Shown here in pieces: positions 35,751 to 45,618 of a DNA stretch of 64,000 nucleotides. Within the stretch, counting starts at the first letter, position 1. Each line of letters begins with the position of its first letter. This DNA comes from an uncultured delta proteobacterium (lineage in GTDB: Bacteria > Myxococcota_A > Polyangia > Polyangiales > Polyangiaceae). Location of the stretch: NCBI GenBank assembly GCA_963841435.1, contig CAWJCS010000006.1, positions 384,001 through 448,000 of the forward strand, written 5' to 3'. Below the pieces are notes generated by a model. That model did not search any database. It was not told where the DNA came from and was given only the letters and a program-made list of their open reading frames with translations. A program made the translations under genes and the position numbers.

Positions 35751-36381
35751 GTCGCACCGAAAATGCGGCGGCGAGGCGGCTCACGTCGTCGAGTGCGCCG
35801 CTCGCCGGGACGAGCGCGCCGATCATGGCGACGAGATCGACCAGCCGACCGACCTCGGAGAGAGCGTCCGGCCCGATGCCGCCGATGGCGACGAGCGGTA
35901 CCCCTGCCGCTCGCGCCCGCTCGGCCGCGCGCGCGAGCCCGTCGAGCCCGACGGTCGGCTCGGGACGCGCCTTCGACGCCGTGGCAAACACCGGACCGAA
36001 CGCGACGTAGGCGGGGCCGAGCGCGAGCGCCGCCTCGAGCTCCGCTTCATCGTGCGTCGAGACGCCGATCTTCAGCCGCCCGGCGAGCTTCTGCGCGTCC
36101 GCGAGCGGTAGGTCGCTCTGTCCGAGGTGGACGCCGTCCGCCTCCGCGAGCAGCGCGAGATCCGGCCGGTCGTTGGCGAACAGCTCCGTGCCGCTCCGCA
36201 AGGTGAGTGGACGGAGCGCGCGGAGGAGCGTCAGGGTATCGCGTGCTCCGAGCGATTTCGCGCGGAGCTGAAGGGCTGCTGGCCTCGCCTCGAGCACACG
36301 CTCGGCGAACGCCACTGGATCGAGGCCGCGCCCCGCGAGCACGTCGACGTCGACGATGGGGTAGAGGCGCGGGGCAGGCAC
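35731..36381 (-). CDS. thiE: Thiamine-phosphate synthase
   Basis: LQLRAK, NDRPDLA, GVHLGQSDL, GVSTH, GPVFATASK and VAIGGI. Overlaps the holB 3' end by 20 nt. Confidence 0.93.
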   Translation of the reverse strand: MPAPRLYPIVDVDVLAGRGLDPVAFAERVLEARPAALQLRAKSLGARDTLTLLRALRPLTLRSGTELFANDRPDLALLAEADGVHLGQSDLPLADAQKLAGRLKIGVSTHDEAELEAALALGPAYVAFGPVFATASKARPEPTVGLDGLARAAERARAAGVPLVAIGGIGPDALSEVGRLVDLVAMIGALVPASGALDDVSRLAAAFSVRLSALGA

Positions 36382-36443
36382 GAGGCGCGCCGACCATAGC
36401 GCGCATTTGGGCGACGTTTGGACTGTGCTACGCCGGAGCGCGC

Positions 36444-37865
36444 ATGAAGGCTCGTTCCTGGCTGCTCCCGGGCGTCGTCCTGTCGTTGTCGCTCTCGCGC
36501 TGCGGTGGCGCGCCGCCGCCCCCGGCCAACGAGCCCCTGCCCGAGCTTGCAGCCGCACCCGAGGCCGCGCTCGAGGCCGCCGCCGGCGCCCCGGGCGACG
36601 ATGCGTCCGTCGCCGAGGAGCGCCACCCGAATCCGGACCTCGTGAAGAAGGCGCTCGAGCGCAGCGCCGCCGACGCGCCGGACGCGGCGCCGCACGGGCT
36701 ACGGTTCGAGGTCGTCGAGAACGGCCCGGCGTCGGGCTGGGCGATGGCGGTCGTCAATCGTGGCACGGAGACGCTCCGCGTGGATTTCGATCCTGGCCTC
36801 CTCACGCTCGAGGTCCTCCCACCGGGTGATCCGAAGGCCAAGCGTCGCGTGAAGCCGAAGCCCCGCATCTGCCGGCTGCCGGGCGAGCTCGGCCGCGGCG
36901 GTGACGCGCGACGCTTCTCCGTCGTGCTCGACCCCGGCGAGGGGATCGTCGAGGCCTTCGAGCCGTTGCTCTATTGTTTGCCCGAGGGGGGCGTGTCGCC
37001 CTTCGTCGCGGGCGCAGAGGTGCGCGCCCGGTTCGGTTTCGCGCCGAAGACGCGTGTCGTCTGGCGGGGCGGGCGCCACGAGGTGCCCCTGGAGGAACAG
37101 CCGCCTCCCTTCGTTGCACGGGTGCTCAAGCACCACCGCCATCACCACCACGATCGCGACCACGGAGGCGACGACGCCGAAGCCGAGGCAAAAAAGGCCG
37201 ATGCCGCGGACAGCGCCGATGCCGGCCAGCCGCAGGCCGACGCAAGCCCGCCGGCGCCGCCCGAAAGCGACGCCGATCCGGACGACGACGCCGACGATGA
37301 AGCCGTCGACGAAAGCGCAGCCGCCGTCCCCATCAAAGAGCTTCGCGGTACTCCGTTCGAGCTCGGTGCCGACTACACGACCGAGAAGGCGGAGCCGGCC
37401 AAGGGGCTCGAGCTCGCCTTGACGCGCGGGTCGGACGCGCTCGACGTGATGCACGCCACGGCCACCGCGACGATCAAGAATCACGACTCAATCGCGCGCC
37501 GCATCTACGTGCGGCGTGAGCTACTGACCTTCCAGGTGTCGGGCCCCGACGGCCGCACGTTGTGCGCGCCCGAGCCCGACGACCGCGCACCCGATCGCCA
37601 GGCGTTCACGTACTTGCGAGCTGGCGGCTCCATCAGCCTCACGAGCAGGCTCGTCGAGCTGTGCCCGATGGACACTTTCGCGCGACCCGGGCTCTACGTC
37701 CTCGAGGCACAGCTCGACGCATTCGCAAAAGGTGACGAGTTCGGATACGACGCGTTCGTCGGGCGCCTCGTGTCGGACCGCACCGTCGTCGTGCGCATCC
37801 GCTCCGGCAGCCTGCCGTTCCCGGGGCCACGGGTGCTCGAGCGGGTTCGCGTGGGCGCGCCGTAG
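36444..37865 (+). CDS. Hypothetical exported protein: two related beta-sandwich-like halves joined by a His-rich/acidic linker
   Basis: Signal/lipobox-like N-terminus, KHHRHHHHDRDH, DADPDDDADDE. Confidence 0.7.
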   Translation: MKARSWLLPGVVLSLSLSRCGGAPPPPANEPLPELAAAPEAALEAAAGAPGDDASVAEERHPNPDLVKKALERSAADAPDAAPHGLRFEVVENGPASGWAMAVVNRGTETLRVDFDPGLLTLEVLPPGDPKAKRRVKPKPRICRLPGELGRGGDARRFSVVLDPGEGIVEAFEPLLYCLPEGGVSPFVAGAEVRARFGFAPKTRVVWRGGRHEVPLEEQPPPFVARVLKHHRHHHHDRDHGGDDAEAEAKKADAADSADAGQPQADASPPAPPESDADPDDDADDEAVDESAAAVPIKELRGTPFELGADYTTEKAEPAKGLELALTRGSDALDVMHATATATIKNHDSIARRIYVRRELLTFQVSGPDGRTLCAPEPDDRAPDRQAFTYLRAGGSISLTSRLVELCPMDTFARPGLYVLEAQLDAFAKGDEFGYDAFVGRLVSDRTVVVRIRSGSLPFPGPRVLERVRVGAP

Positions 37866-37997
37866 CTGGATTTTTACAGGCAGGGTTCGACCGGGACCGG
37901 TTCCAGGAGCCGGAGACGCCGGGGCGCCTCCAAAGCCCTTTTTGCGCGCCGCTTCGCCTTGTGTGGGGCCCTTCCCGATGTAACCCTTGGATGCAGC

Positions 37998-40130
37998 ATG
38001 AAGCGGCTTTTCTGGTTGGTGGTTGGGGTTCTTTCAATTTTGGCGTTGAGCTGGGGGTGCTCGCCGAAAAACCTGGGCGACGACGACGACAGCACCTCGG
38101 GGCGGGGCTCCGGGGGCAGCAGTGGCTCGAGCGCCACCGGGGGCACGTCGGGCAGCGGCGTCGGCGGTAGCACGCCGGGGTGCGCGGCCAACCTCACGTC
38201 CTGCAACGGCGCTTGCGTCGACCTCGCGACGGACTCGACGCACTGCGGCTCGTGCACCAACGCGTGTGGCGTCGGGCAGTCGTGCTCGACCGGAGCGTGC
38301 GCCTGCACGGTCGGCTACTCGCCGTGTCCCACGGGCTGCGTGAACACCGCGACCGATCCGCAGAACTGCGGAGCCTGCGGGACCGTGTGCCAGGCCGCCA
38401 CGCCGTTCTGCGGCACGACGGGCTGCACGGCGTCGTGCGCAGCACCCACGGTTCAGTGCGGCAACAGCTGCGTGAACACGACCAGCGATCTGGCGAATTG
38501 CGGCGCCTGCAACAACGCGTGCGGCGGCGGCCAGAGCTGCGTGAACAGCGCGTGCGCGTGCGCCGCGGGTACGGAGATGTGCGCTGCGACCGGAACCTGC
38601 GTCGTGGCTGGCAGTTGCCCCGTCGGCGCGGGCGGCGCGAGCGGCGCGGGCGGCACGGCGGGCCTCGGCGGCGGCGCGGGCCTCGGCGGCTCGGGCGCGA
38701 CGAGCGGCGCGGGCGGCACGAGCGGCGCAGGCGGCACGAGCGGCGCAGGCGGCAGCGCGGGCGCGGTCGGTGCCGATCCGCCCGGCTACTGGCGTTACAA
38801 CGACTGGCACGGCTGCACCTGGACCGGCATCGACACGGTGACGGGCACGACCACCACCAACATGCCGCAGGACTTCACGGCGCACGTTGACGGCACCGGG
38901 TACTGCGTCTCCGGCAGCGTGCACTCCGACTACGACGCCGTCGCGCTCATGGGCTTCAACCTCGGGGAGGCCGTCGACGGCACGCCGAACCAGTGCGCCT
39001 ACGACCCGGCATCGGCGACGGAGATGGGCCCGCCCGGCGTCCAGCTCACGGGCACCGGCATCGCCATCAACTTCACGAAGAGCACGGCGGCGACGCTGCG
39101 CATCCAGATCCAAGGTCCGGACGGCGCCACCGACGCGAACAACCGCTGGTGCTACACGATCACGCCCGCCGCGGGCCCGGTGTTTGCGCCGTTCAGCGGC
39201 TTCAACACCAAGTGCTGGGACAACACGGGCACCGCCTACAACAACGAGCCCATCTCCGCCGTCGTGTTCCTCGTGCCCGGCACGATGGGCGCGACGACCG
39301 CGTTCAACTACTGCATCACGGGCTTCGACACGGGCGCCGCCGCAACCGACGCGCCCACCTGGGGCACGGGCAACACCGGTCCGCTCACGGGCACGATCGG
39401 CGGCCCGGGCGGCATGAACCTGGATTTCCAGCGCGTGAAGGTGAGCAAGGGCGGCAAGAGCTACATCATCCAGAACAACAACTGGGGTAACCCGAACGGC
39501 AGCGACCAGACGCTTTCCTACAGCGACAACAGCTTCAAGGTCGTGAGCAGCTCGGGCAGCGGCAGCAGTGCGCCCGCCTCCTTCCCGTCGATTTACATCG
39601 GCGCGAACGGCGACACGCAGAGCGGCACGTATTCGACCACCTCGGACGATCACCTACCGAAACAGGTGAGCGGTATCACCAGTCTGATGACGACGTTCCG
39701 CCACACGGCGACGAGCGGCCAGCTGAACGCAACGTACGACATCTGGTTCGCGGCCTCGCCACCCAGCGCTCGCTACGACGATGCCATCTCGGGCTTCGTC
39801 ATGCTGTGGTTCTACGATCCGTCGAACTTCCAGCCGATCGGCAGCCCCGGCCCCACGGTGACGATCGGCGGAAAGTCTTGGGTCGTGTGGTCGGGTCCGC
39901 GCGGCGGCAGCGGCACGAACTCCGGTGCGCCGGTGATCTCCTACGTTGCCACCTCGACCATGACGAGCTGGCAGAACTTCGACCTCAAGCCGTTTTTCAC
40001 GGATGCCGGCTCGCGCGGCATCAATCAGAGCTGGTACCTGACGGACATCTTCGCCGGGTTCGAGATCTGGCAAGGCAGCGACGGCGTGGGCAAGGAAGTC
40101 CAGGAGTTCACGGCGGTCGTCGCGCCGTGA
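37998..40130 (+). CDS. Lipoprotein: Cys-rich repeats + putative CBM-like domain + GH12-fold domain
   Basis: Lipobox SWGC, three 8-Cys repeats, GH12 motifs YIIQNNNWG, FPSIY, NATYDIW, QPIGS and WYL...AGFEIW. Confidence 0.85.
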   Translation: MKRLFWLVVGVLSILALSWGCSPKNLGDDDDSTSGRGSGGSSGSSATGGTSGSGVGGSTPGCAANLTSCNGACVDLATDSTHCGSCTNACGVGQSCSTGACACTVGYSPCPTGCVNTATDPQNCGACGTVCQAATPFCGTTGCTASCAAPTVQCGNSCVNTTSDLANCGACNNACGGGQSCVNSACACAAGTEMCAATGTCVVAGSCPVGAGGASGAGGTAGLGGGAGLGGSGATSGAGGTSGAGGTSGAGGSAGAVGADPPGYWRYNDWHGCTWTGIDTVTGTTTTNMPQDFTAHVDGTGYCVSGSVHSDYDAVALMGFNLGEAVDGTPNQCAYDPASATEMGPPGVQLTGTGIAINFTKSTAATLRIQIQGPDGATDANNRWCYTITPAAGPVFAPFSGFNTKCWDNTGTAYNNEPISAVVFLVPGTMGATTAFNYCITGFDTGAAATDAPTWGTGNTGPLTGTIGGPGGMNLDFQRVKVSKGGKSYIIQNNNWGNPNGSDQTLSYSDNSFKVVSSSGSGSSAPASFPSIYIGANGDTQSGTYSTTSDDHLPKQVSGITSLMTTFRHTATSGQLNATYDIWFAASPPSARYDDAISGFVMLWFYDPSNFQPIGSPGPTVTIGGKSWVVWSGPRGGSGTNSGAPVISYVATSTMTSWQNFDLKPFFTDAGSRGINQSWYLTDIFAGFEIWQGSDGVGKEVQEFTAVVAP
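38700..38753 (+). repeat. 3 x 18-bp tandem repeat ACGAGCGGCGCRGGCGGC (TSGAGG linker)
   Basis: Seen directly. In frame, inside a Gly-rich linker. Confidence 0.85.
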
Positions 40131-40163
40131 GGCCCGGAACGGCGGCGCTCGGTACGCCCCCGT

Positions 40164-41351
40164 TCAGCGCTCGGATGCGGGCGGGGGGCCGAGCCGAGGA
40201 GACGGCGTGGCCTTCGAGCCCGAGCCGAGCTCCTCGAGATTGGCGAGCGCCCGCGGGTCCGTCGGATCGAGCGCCAGGGCCTTCTTGAAGGCCTGCTCGG
40301 CCAGGGCACGCTCGCCCTTCTTTGCGCGCGCCGTGCCCAGGTTGATGTAGGCCGCGCCGAGCTTGGGGTCAGCCTTGATGGCACGCGTGGCCTCTTCGAC
40401 GGCGGCGTCGAGGTTTCCGGCGAGCTCGAGCGCGTGCGCGAGGTTCGAGCGGTAGGTGGCGCGCCCGGGGTCGAGCTCGACGGCGCGGGTGAGCTCGCGG
40501 ACGGCGCGCTCGATGCGGCCCTGGGTGAGGCAGAGCGTGCCGAGATCGGAGTGAGTCCGCCCGTCGTCGGGCGCGAGCCTCACCGCCTCGAGGAACGCGG
40601 ATTCTGCCTCACCGAGTCGGCCGAGCAGCAGGTACGCCGTGCCGAGGTTCGTGAACGTTTCGGAAGAACCGGGGTCGAGCTTGGTGGCGTGCGTCAGCGG
40701 CGCGAGCGCCCTAGCGCTCTGCCCGGTGGCGACGAAGCCGACCCCGAGCGCCGTCACGGCGTCCAGGTCGTTCGGCCCGAGGGCGACGGCGCGCTCGAGC
40801 GCCGAAAGCCCCTCGTCGGTGCGCCCTAGCGCTACGAGCACTTTGCCGCGCTCGCGAAAAGCCGGCTCGAAGTCCGGGTCGATCGCGAGCGCGCGGTCGA
40901 GGGTTGCGACGAGCGCCGCGAGCTTCTTGTCGCCCTGCATCGCGAACGGCGCGAGCGACACGTCGGGCGCGGCGAGGGCCGCGCGCGCCAGCCCGACGAG
41001 CGGCGCCGGATCGTTCGGGGCAAGCTTTTGGGCGCGCGCGTAGTGCGCCTTGGCGGCTTTGGCGTCGTCGGCGTCAATCGCGGCGTCGCCGGCGTCGAGC
41101 TCGCGGTCGGCGGGCGTGCCGTCGTGGCGGGCGAGACCCGACGGGGCGGGGGTGGGCGGCGGCGCGGGGGGCGCCGGCGGAGCGCTCGGCGCGGGCGGCG
41201 GAGCCGCTGTGGCCGTGTCTGCCGCGGGGGCAGCGGGTGGCGCCGGCGAAATCGCGGTCCCAGCGCTCGGCGGGCCCTTCGGGGCGGGCGTCGCCGAGCA
41301 CCCCGCGGCAGCGAGCGCCGCGGCAGCGAGCGCGCACCGATCAAGCCGCAT
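40164..41351 (-). CDS. TPR-repeat lipoprotein
   Basis: Lipobox AAGC, Pro-rich linker, about eight TPR units (e.g. [13 protein letters not shown]...ALALDP). Start overlaps the spoVR-family gene end. Confidence 0.85.
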   Translation of the reverse strand: MRLDRCALAAAALAAAGCSATPAPKGPPSAGTAISPAPPAAPAADTATAAPPPAPSAPPAPPAPPPTPAPSGLARHDGTPADRELDAGDAAIDADDAKAAKAHYARAQKLAPNDPAPLVGLARAALAAPDVSLAPFAMQGDKKLAALVATLDRALAIDPDFEPAFRERGKVLVALGRTDEGLSALERAVALGPNDLDAVTALGVGFVATGQSARALAPLTHATKLDPGSSETFTNLGTAYLLLGRLGEAESAFLEAVRLAPDDGRTHSDLGTLCLTQGRIERAVRELTRAVELDPGRATYRSNLAHALELAGNLDAAVEEATRAIKADPKLGAAYINLGTARAKKGERALAEQAFKKALALDPTDPRALANLEELGSGSKATPSPRLGPPPASER

Positions 41352-42910
41352 CTTGCTTCGAGCCGTGCTCTTTGCCGTCGTAGCGGAGCAGGGTCTTTTT
41401 GCCGTCGACCAGCGTCGAGACGCACACGGGCCGGCGCCAGACGCGCACGAGCGCCGCAAGCGCTTCCTTGGCGTAGTCGGCGCGCAAATCGACGCCGCGG
41501 TGATCGTGCACGAGCAAGAGCTCGCCGCGATTGTCGTAGTTCGCGTCCTCGACGAAGACGAAGGGATTGCCGAAGTTCGTGAGCTGGGCGAGAAGCTTCT
41601 CCTTCACCTCGCGAAATTCGCGCGAGTCGATCTCGAAGCGCTCGTTGCGATTCGACCAATCGAAGGAAAAGAGCTGGTGCTCGATGGCGAAGTCCTCGGT
41701 CAAGAACTCGTCGATGAAGGTCACGTCGTTGTAGAGCGAGCGCACCTCGAAGATCTTGTTCTTGCCGAGGCCGAGCCGCAGGTCCCAGTGGCGCTTCTCG
41801 TCGAGGTCGTCGCAATCTTCCCATTCCTGGCCGAACTGGCCCTCGATCCCAGCGCTCCTCGATGTCGCGAAACAGCTGGACGCCGAGCTTGTAGGGGTTC
41901 AGGCGCTTACCGCTCGTCGCCATGACGCCCGCGTTGTTCTCGGCGTAGTCGATGATTTCGCTCCAGTCGCACACTTCGCCCGTCATCATCTTGGAGTGCC
42001 AGTACGAGGCCCAGCCCTCGTTCATGATCTTGGTCTGCATCTGCGGGGCGAAGTAGTACGCCTCCTCACGCACGATGCTGAGGATCGTCGCGCTCCCAGC
42101 GTTCGAGCGGCGCGTGCTCGATCAGGAACAGGAGCACGTCGCGCTCACGGCTCGGCCGGGTGCCGCCTCTTCTTGCGGTCGCGCGTCTCCTCGATCTTCT
42201 TCCGCTGCTCCTCGATGTACTCCTCGGGGTTGATGAACTCCTCCATGTAGTCCTTCGCGCGTAGGCGCGGGACCTCGACGGCGGCGGGCTCGTCCTCGAG
42301 CGCTTCCTCGCGCCGGCGCACGACGAAGCGCGACCATGGATCGATGAGGTTCTCGAGGGACAGGCAGACGTCGATGAACTCCTCGACCTGCTCGATGCCG
42401 TAGCGATCGACGATGCGGCGCACGGCCGAGCCGTGGTTCGCCATCTTGTCGATCCAGCGGCGGTTGGGGTCGTAGTCGGGGCCGCGCCGGCGCACCGGGT
42501 CGGTGATCGGCTCGCCGGCGTCGAGGTCGGTGGAGCGGAAGGAGAAGTTGTTCTTGAAGAAATCGACGTGGCCGAGCACGTGGCACATCACGAGCTTCTG
42601 ATCGGTGAGGCAGTTGCCTTCGAGCAGGTACGCGAAGGAGGGGTTGTTGTTGATGACCATCTCGTAGATCTTCGAGAGGCCGTACTCGTGGCTCTTGCGA
42701 GCCGCTCGAACTCCATGCCGAAGCGCCAGTGCGGGTAGCGGGTCGGGAAGCCGCCGTAGGCCGCGACCTCGTTCATCTGGTCGTAGCTCGAGCATCTCGA
42801 AGACGATCGGGAAGAAGTCGAGCCCGTGACGGCGGCCGATGGCCTCGATCTTCTCCTGCTCGACGCAGCAGGTAGCGCGGTAGATCGGTGCGTGTCGCGA
42901 ACTGCGGCAT
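41341..42910 (-). CDS. spoVR: SpoVR/YcgB family protein (several frameshifts)
   Basis: [55 protein letters not shown] and NPYKLG across frames. Confidence 0.9.
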
Positions 42911-44025
42911 TCACTTACCCTTGCCGAGGAAATCCTTGATGCTGGTGACGATCGCGTCTCGGTCGCGAATCTCGCTGGTGAGCACTCGCTCGTCCTGGGC
43001 GAAGTGCTCGCGCAGGTCCTTGATGAACTGACCGGAGCCGTACGGGCTCTCGACCTGGCCGTAGGCGAACATGTTCACGCGCGGCAAGATTTCCTGCTTC
43101 AGGAGCTCGATGCAGAGCAGCGTGTCGTCCATCGACCAGTTGTCGCCGTCGGAGAAGTGGAACGGGTAGATGTTCCATTCCTCGCGTCGGGTAGTGCTGG
43201 TCGATGAGCTGGGCGCACAGCTTGTAGGCGCTGGAAATCATGGTGCCGCCCGACTCGCGCGTGCGGAAGAAGGTGTCGCGGTCCACCTCGCGCGCCACGG
43301 CGTCGTGGATGATGTAGCGGGCTTCGAGGCCCTTGTACTGACGCCGGAGCCAGGCATCGATCCAGAAGCACTCGATGCGGACGATCTCCTTCTGCTCGTC
43401 GCCCATCGAGCCCGAAACGTCCATCATGTAGATGATGACGGCGTTGGCGACGGGCTCGACGTCCTCTTTCCAGGAGCGGAAGCGCCTGTCCTCGCTGCTG
43501 GGGAACGATGACGGGGTTGTTCGGGTCGTAGGCGCCGCTCGCGATCGCGCGCCGCAGCGCTTCCTTGTACGTGCGCTTGAAGTGCCGCAGCGACTCCGGC
43601 CCGACGCGCCGGATGCCCGTGTAGCGATCCTTGGCGCGCGACGATGCGGCTCTTGCCCTTGTTCTCGATCGCGGAAGCTCGAGCTCTTCGCCGAGGATGT
43701 CGGCGAGCTCGTCGAGCGTCACGTCGACCTCGAGGACGTGCTCGCCGGCGTCCTGCCCCGCCTGACCCTGCCCGTCCTCGGCCTCCTCGCCCTGCCCACC
43801 GACCGAGTCGCCGACCTCGCCGTCGCCCTGGCCCACGCCGCCGCGCTGCTGGTCGCCGTAGACGAAACGTGGGATGTCAATCTGGGGAAGGGGGATGCTG
43901 ACGATGTCCTTGCCCTTGCGGCCGATGAGCTCGCCCTGGGAGATGTAGCGGCGTAGGTTTTGCCGGATCTTCCCCCGCACGATGGCCCGGAAACGTGAAT
44001 GATCCTGATCGACTTTCAGGGACAT
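42911..44025 (-). CDS. yeaH: YeaH/YhbH (DUF444) vWA-like protein (several frameshifts)
   Basis: [37 protein letters not shown] and [11 protein letters not shown] across frames. Confidence 0.9.
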
Positions 44026-44182
44026 CCGGTTACAAGCATGGCACATCCGAGCGCCCCCGGGGCGGGCGTTTCCGGCGAGCACGGAGCGCTCGACGGGCGC
44101 GTGGCTCGTTCGTGTCACCGGCGGGCGCCGCTTTTCGCGCGGAGCATCGACGGGGGGCCGTGTTTTTGTTAGAAGCCGCGAC

Positions 44183-44752
44183 GTGACGACCAAGCACCGC
44201 TTGCTTCGATTCCGCTGTACTGGCTGCGGCAATTGCTGCAAAGACCCCCTCTTGCCGCTCACGGACGCGGACGCGAAGCGTATCGTGGCGCGCACGGGGG
44301 AGCCACCAGAGACGTTCCTTCGCTGGGTGGACCGCCACGGTATCGAGATGGGCGACGAGCCCGAGGGTTTCGTCTCGCTGCGCCAGGGCAAGCGCGTGAT
44401 GGTGCTCCGGCACGGGCGTAACGGCTGCCACTTCCTCGGCTCCGACAATCGCTGCACCATTTATTCGAGCAGGCCGCTCGGCTGCCGCATCTTCCCGTTC
44501 GACCCGACCTTCAACAAGAAGGACGGTAAGCTCCGCCATCTGACGCTCATTCAGGCCACGGACTGCAAGTACGAGCTCGACGGCAAAAATGACGTTGACG
44601 ACATGCGCGCGCTGCACCAGCGCTACGAGGCAGCGACCGAGGCTTACCAGGACAAGATCGCGCAGTTCAACAAGCAGCAGGCTGCTCGCAAGCGCAGCGG
44701 CAAGCGTCCGGGCACGGCGCGAAAGTTCCTGGAGTTTCTGGGGCTCACGTGA
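44183..44752 (+). CDS. YkgJ family cysteine-cluster (CxxCxxCC) protein
   Basis: [14 protein letters not shown] and [16 protein letters not shown]. Confidence 0.88.
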   Translation: MTTKHRLLRFRCTGCGNCCKDPLLPLTDADAKRIVARTGEPPETFLRWVDRHGIEMGDEPEGFVSLRQGKRVMVLRHGRNGCHFLGSDNRCTIYSSRPLGCRIFPFDPTFNKKDGKLRHLTLIQATDCKYELDGKNDVDDMRALHQRYEAATEAYQDKIAQFNKQQAARKRSGKRPGTARKFLEFLGLT

Positions 44753-45285
44753 CGGCCGGGCCGCCGAGCCATCTCGTGCTCACGGCGGTCGGCCCCGACC
44801 GACCCGGGCTAGTGAACGCCATCTCCGCGGTCGTCCACGATGCGGGCGGGAGCCTGCAGGACAGCCGCATGGCAATCCTCGGGGGCGAATTCGCGCTGCT
44901 GTTGCTCGTTGCCGGGCCAGAGTCGGCGATCGTCGCGCTCGAAGGGGCGCTGCCGCGCGTCGAGGGCGAGCTCGGTTTGAAGCTGCTCGCCAAGCGGACC
45001 CACACCGAGGAGCGCCACGACTACCTGCCGTACTCGCTCCGCGTGACCGGCATCGATCGGCCCGGCATCGTGCGCGTCGTGAGCGAGCGCCTCGCACGCC
45101 GCGGCGTCAACGTGGCGTCGCTCGAATCGCGCGTGACGTTCGCGCCGCTCAGCGGGACGCCGCTGTTCTCCCTCGAGGCCGAGCTGCAGGTGCCGTCGGC
45201 GACCGCGCTCGCCGAGCTGCGCCGTGAGGTCGGTGCGCTGTCCGACGACGAGAACCTCGACGTGACCCTCGAAGCGACGCGCTGA
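44749..45285 (+). CDS. gcvR: Tandem ACT-domain protein (GcvR-like)
   Basis: Two ACT domains (GPDRPGLV...DSRM; GIDRPGIV). Confidence 0.82.
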   Translation: MTAGPPSHLVLTAVGPDRPGLVNAISAVVHDAGGSLQDSRMAILGGEFALLLLVAGPESAIVALEGALPRVEGELGLKLLAKRTHTEERHDYLPYSLRVTGIDRPGIVRVVSERLARRGVNVASLESRVTFAPLSGTPLFSLEAELQVPSATALAELRREVGALSDDENLDVTLEATR

Positions 45286-45289
45286 GGTC

Positions 45290-45410
45290 GCGGGCCCGGC
45301 GCTCGGGTCGGCGCGGCCTCGACGCGCTCCGCCAGGTCTTCGAAGCCGCGCATGCAGCCCGGCCCGCACACGCTCGCGACGCCGAAGCTTGCCGTCACCG
45401 GGATGCTCCG
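45290..45410 (-). pseudogene. Possible remnant of a GGDEF-domain C-terminus
   Basis: IPVTASFGVA...FEDLAERVEAA resembles the end of diguanylate cyclase domains. No GGDEF core upstream. Confidence 0.45.
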
Positions 45411-45618
45411 GCGTCTTCTCCGTGGCTGCCGTGGGTAGGGCCATGAGGGGCTCTATCGGCAAGAGCGGCCCCCCCTCGGCCAGCGTTGAGCCCCGAGCGT
45501 CGCAATTTGCCTCGATCGGGTAGGACTGGTTCCGCGAAGCTCCGTCACTTCCACTCGAGGCGGGCTGTCGGGCCACCATTCCCCGCGCGAAAGGCGAGAT
45601 TGGGGCTATCCCGCTCGA

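Noticed and set aside
38700-38753. Phase-variable contingency repeat
   Set aside because: The 18-bp unit preserves frame and only encodes a flexible linker.
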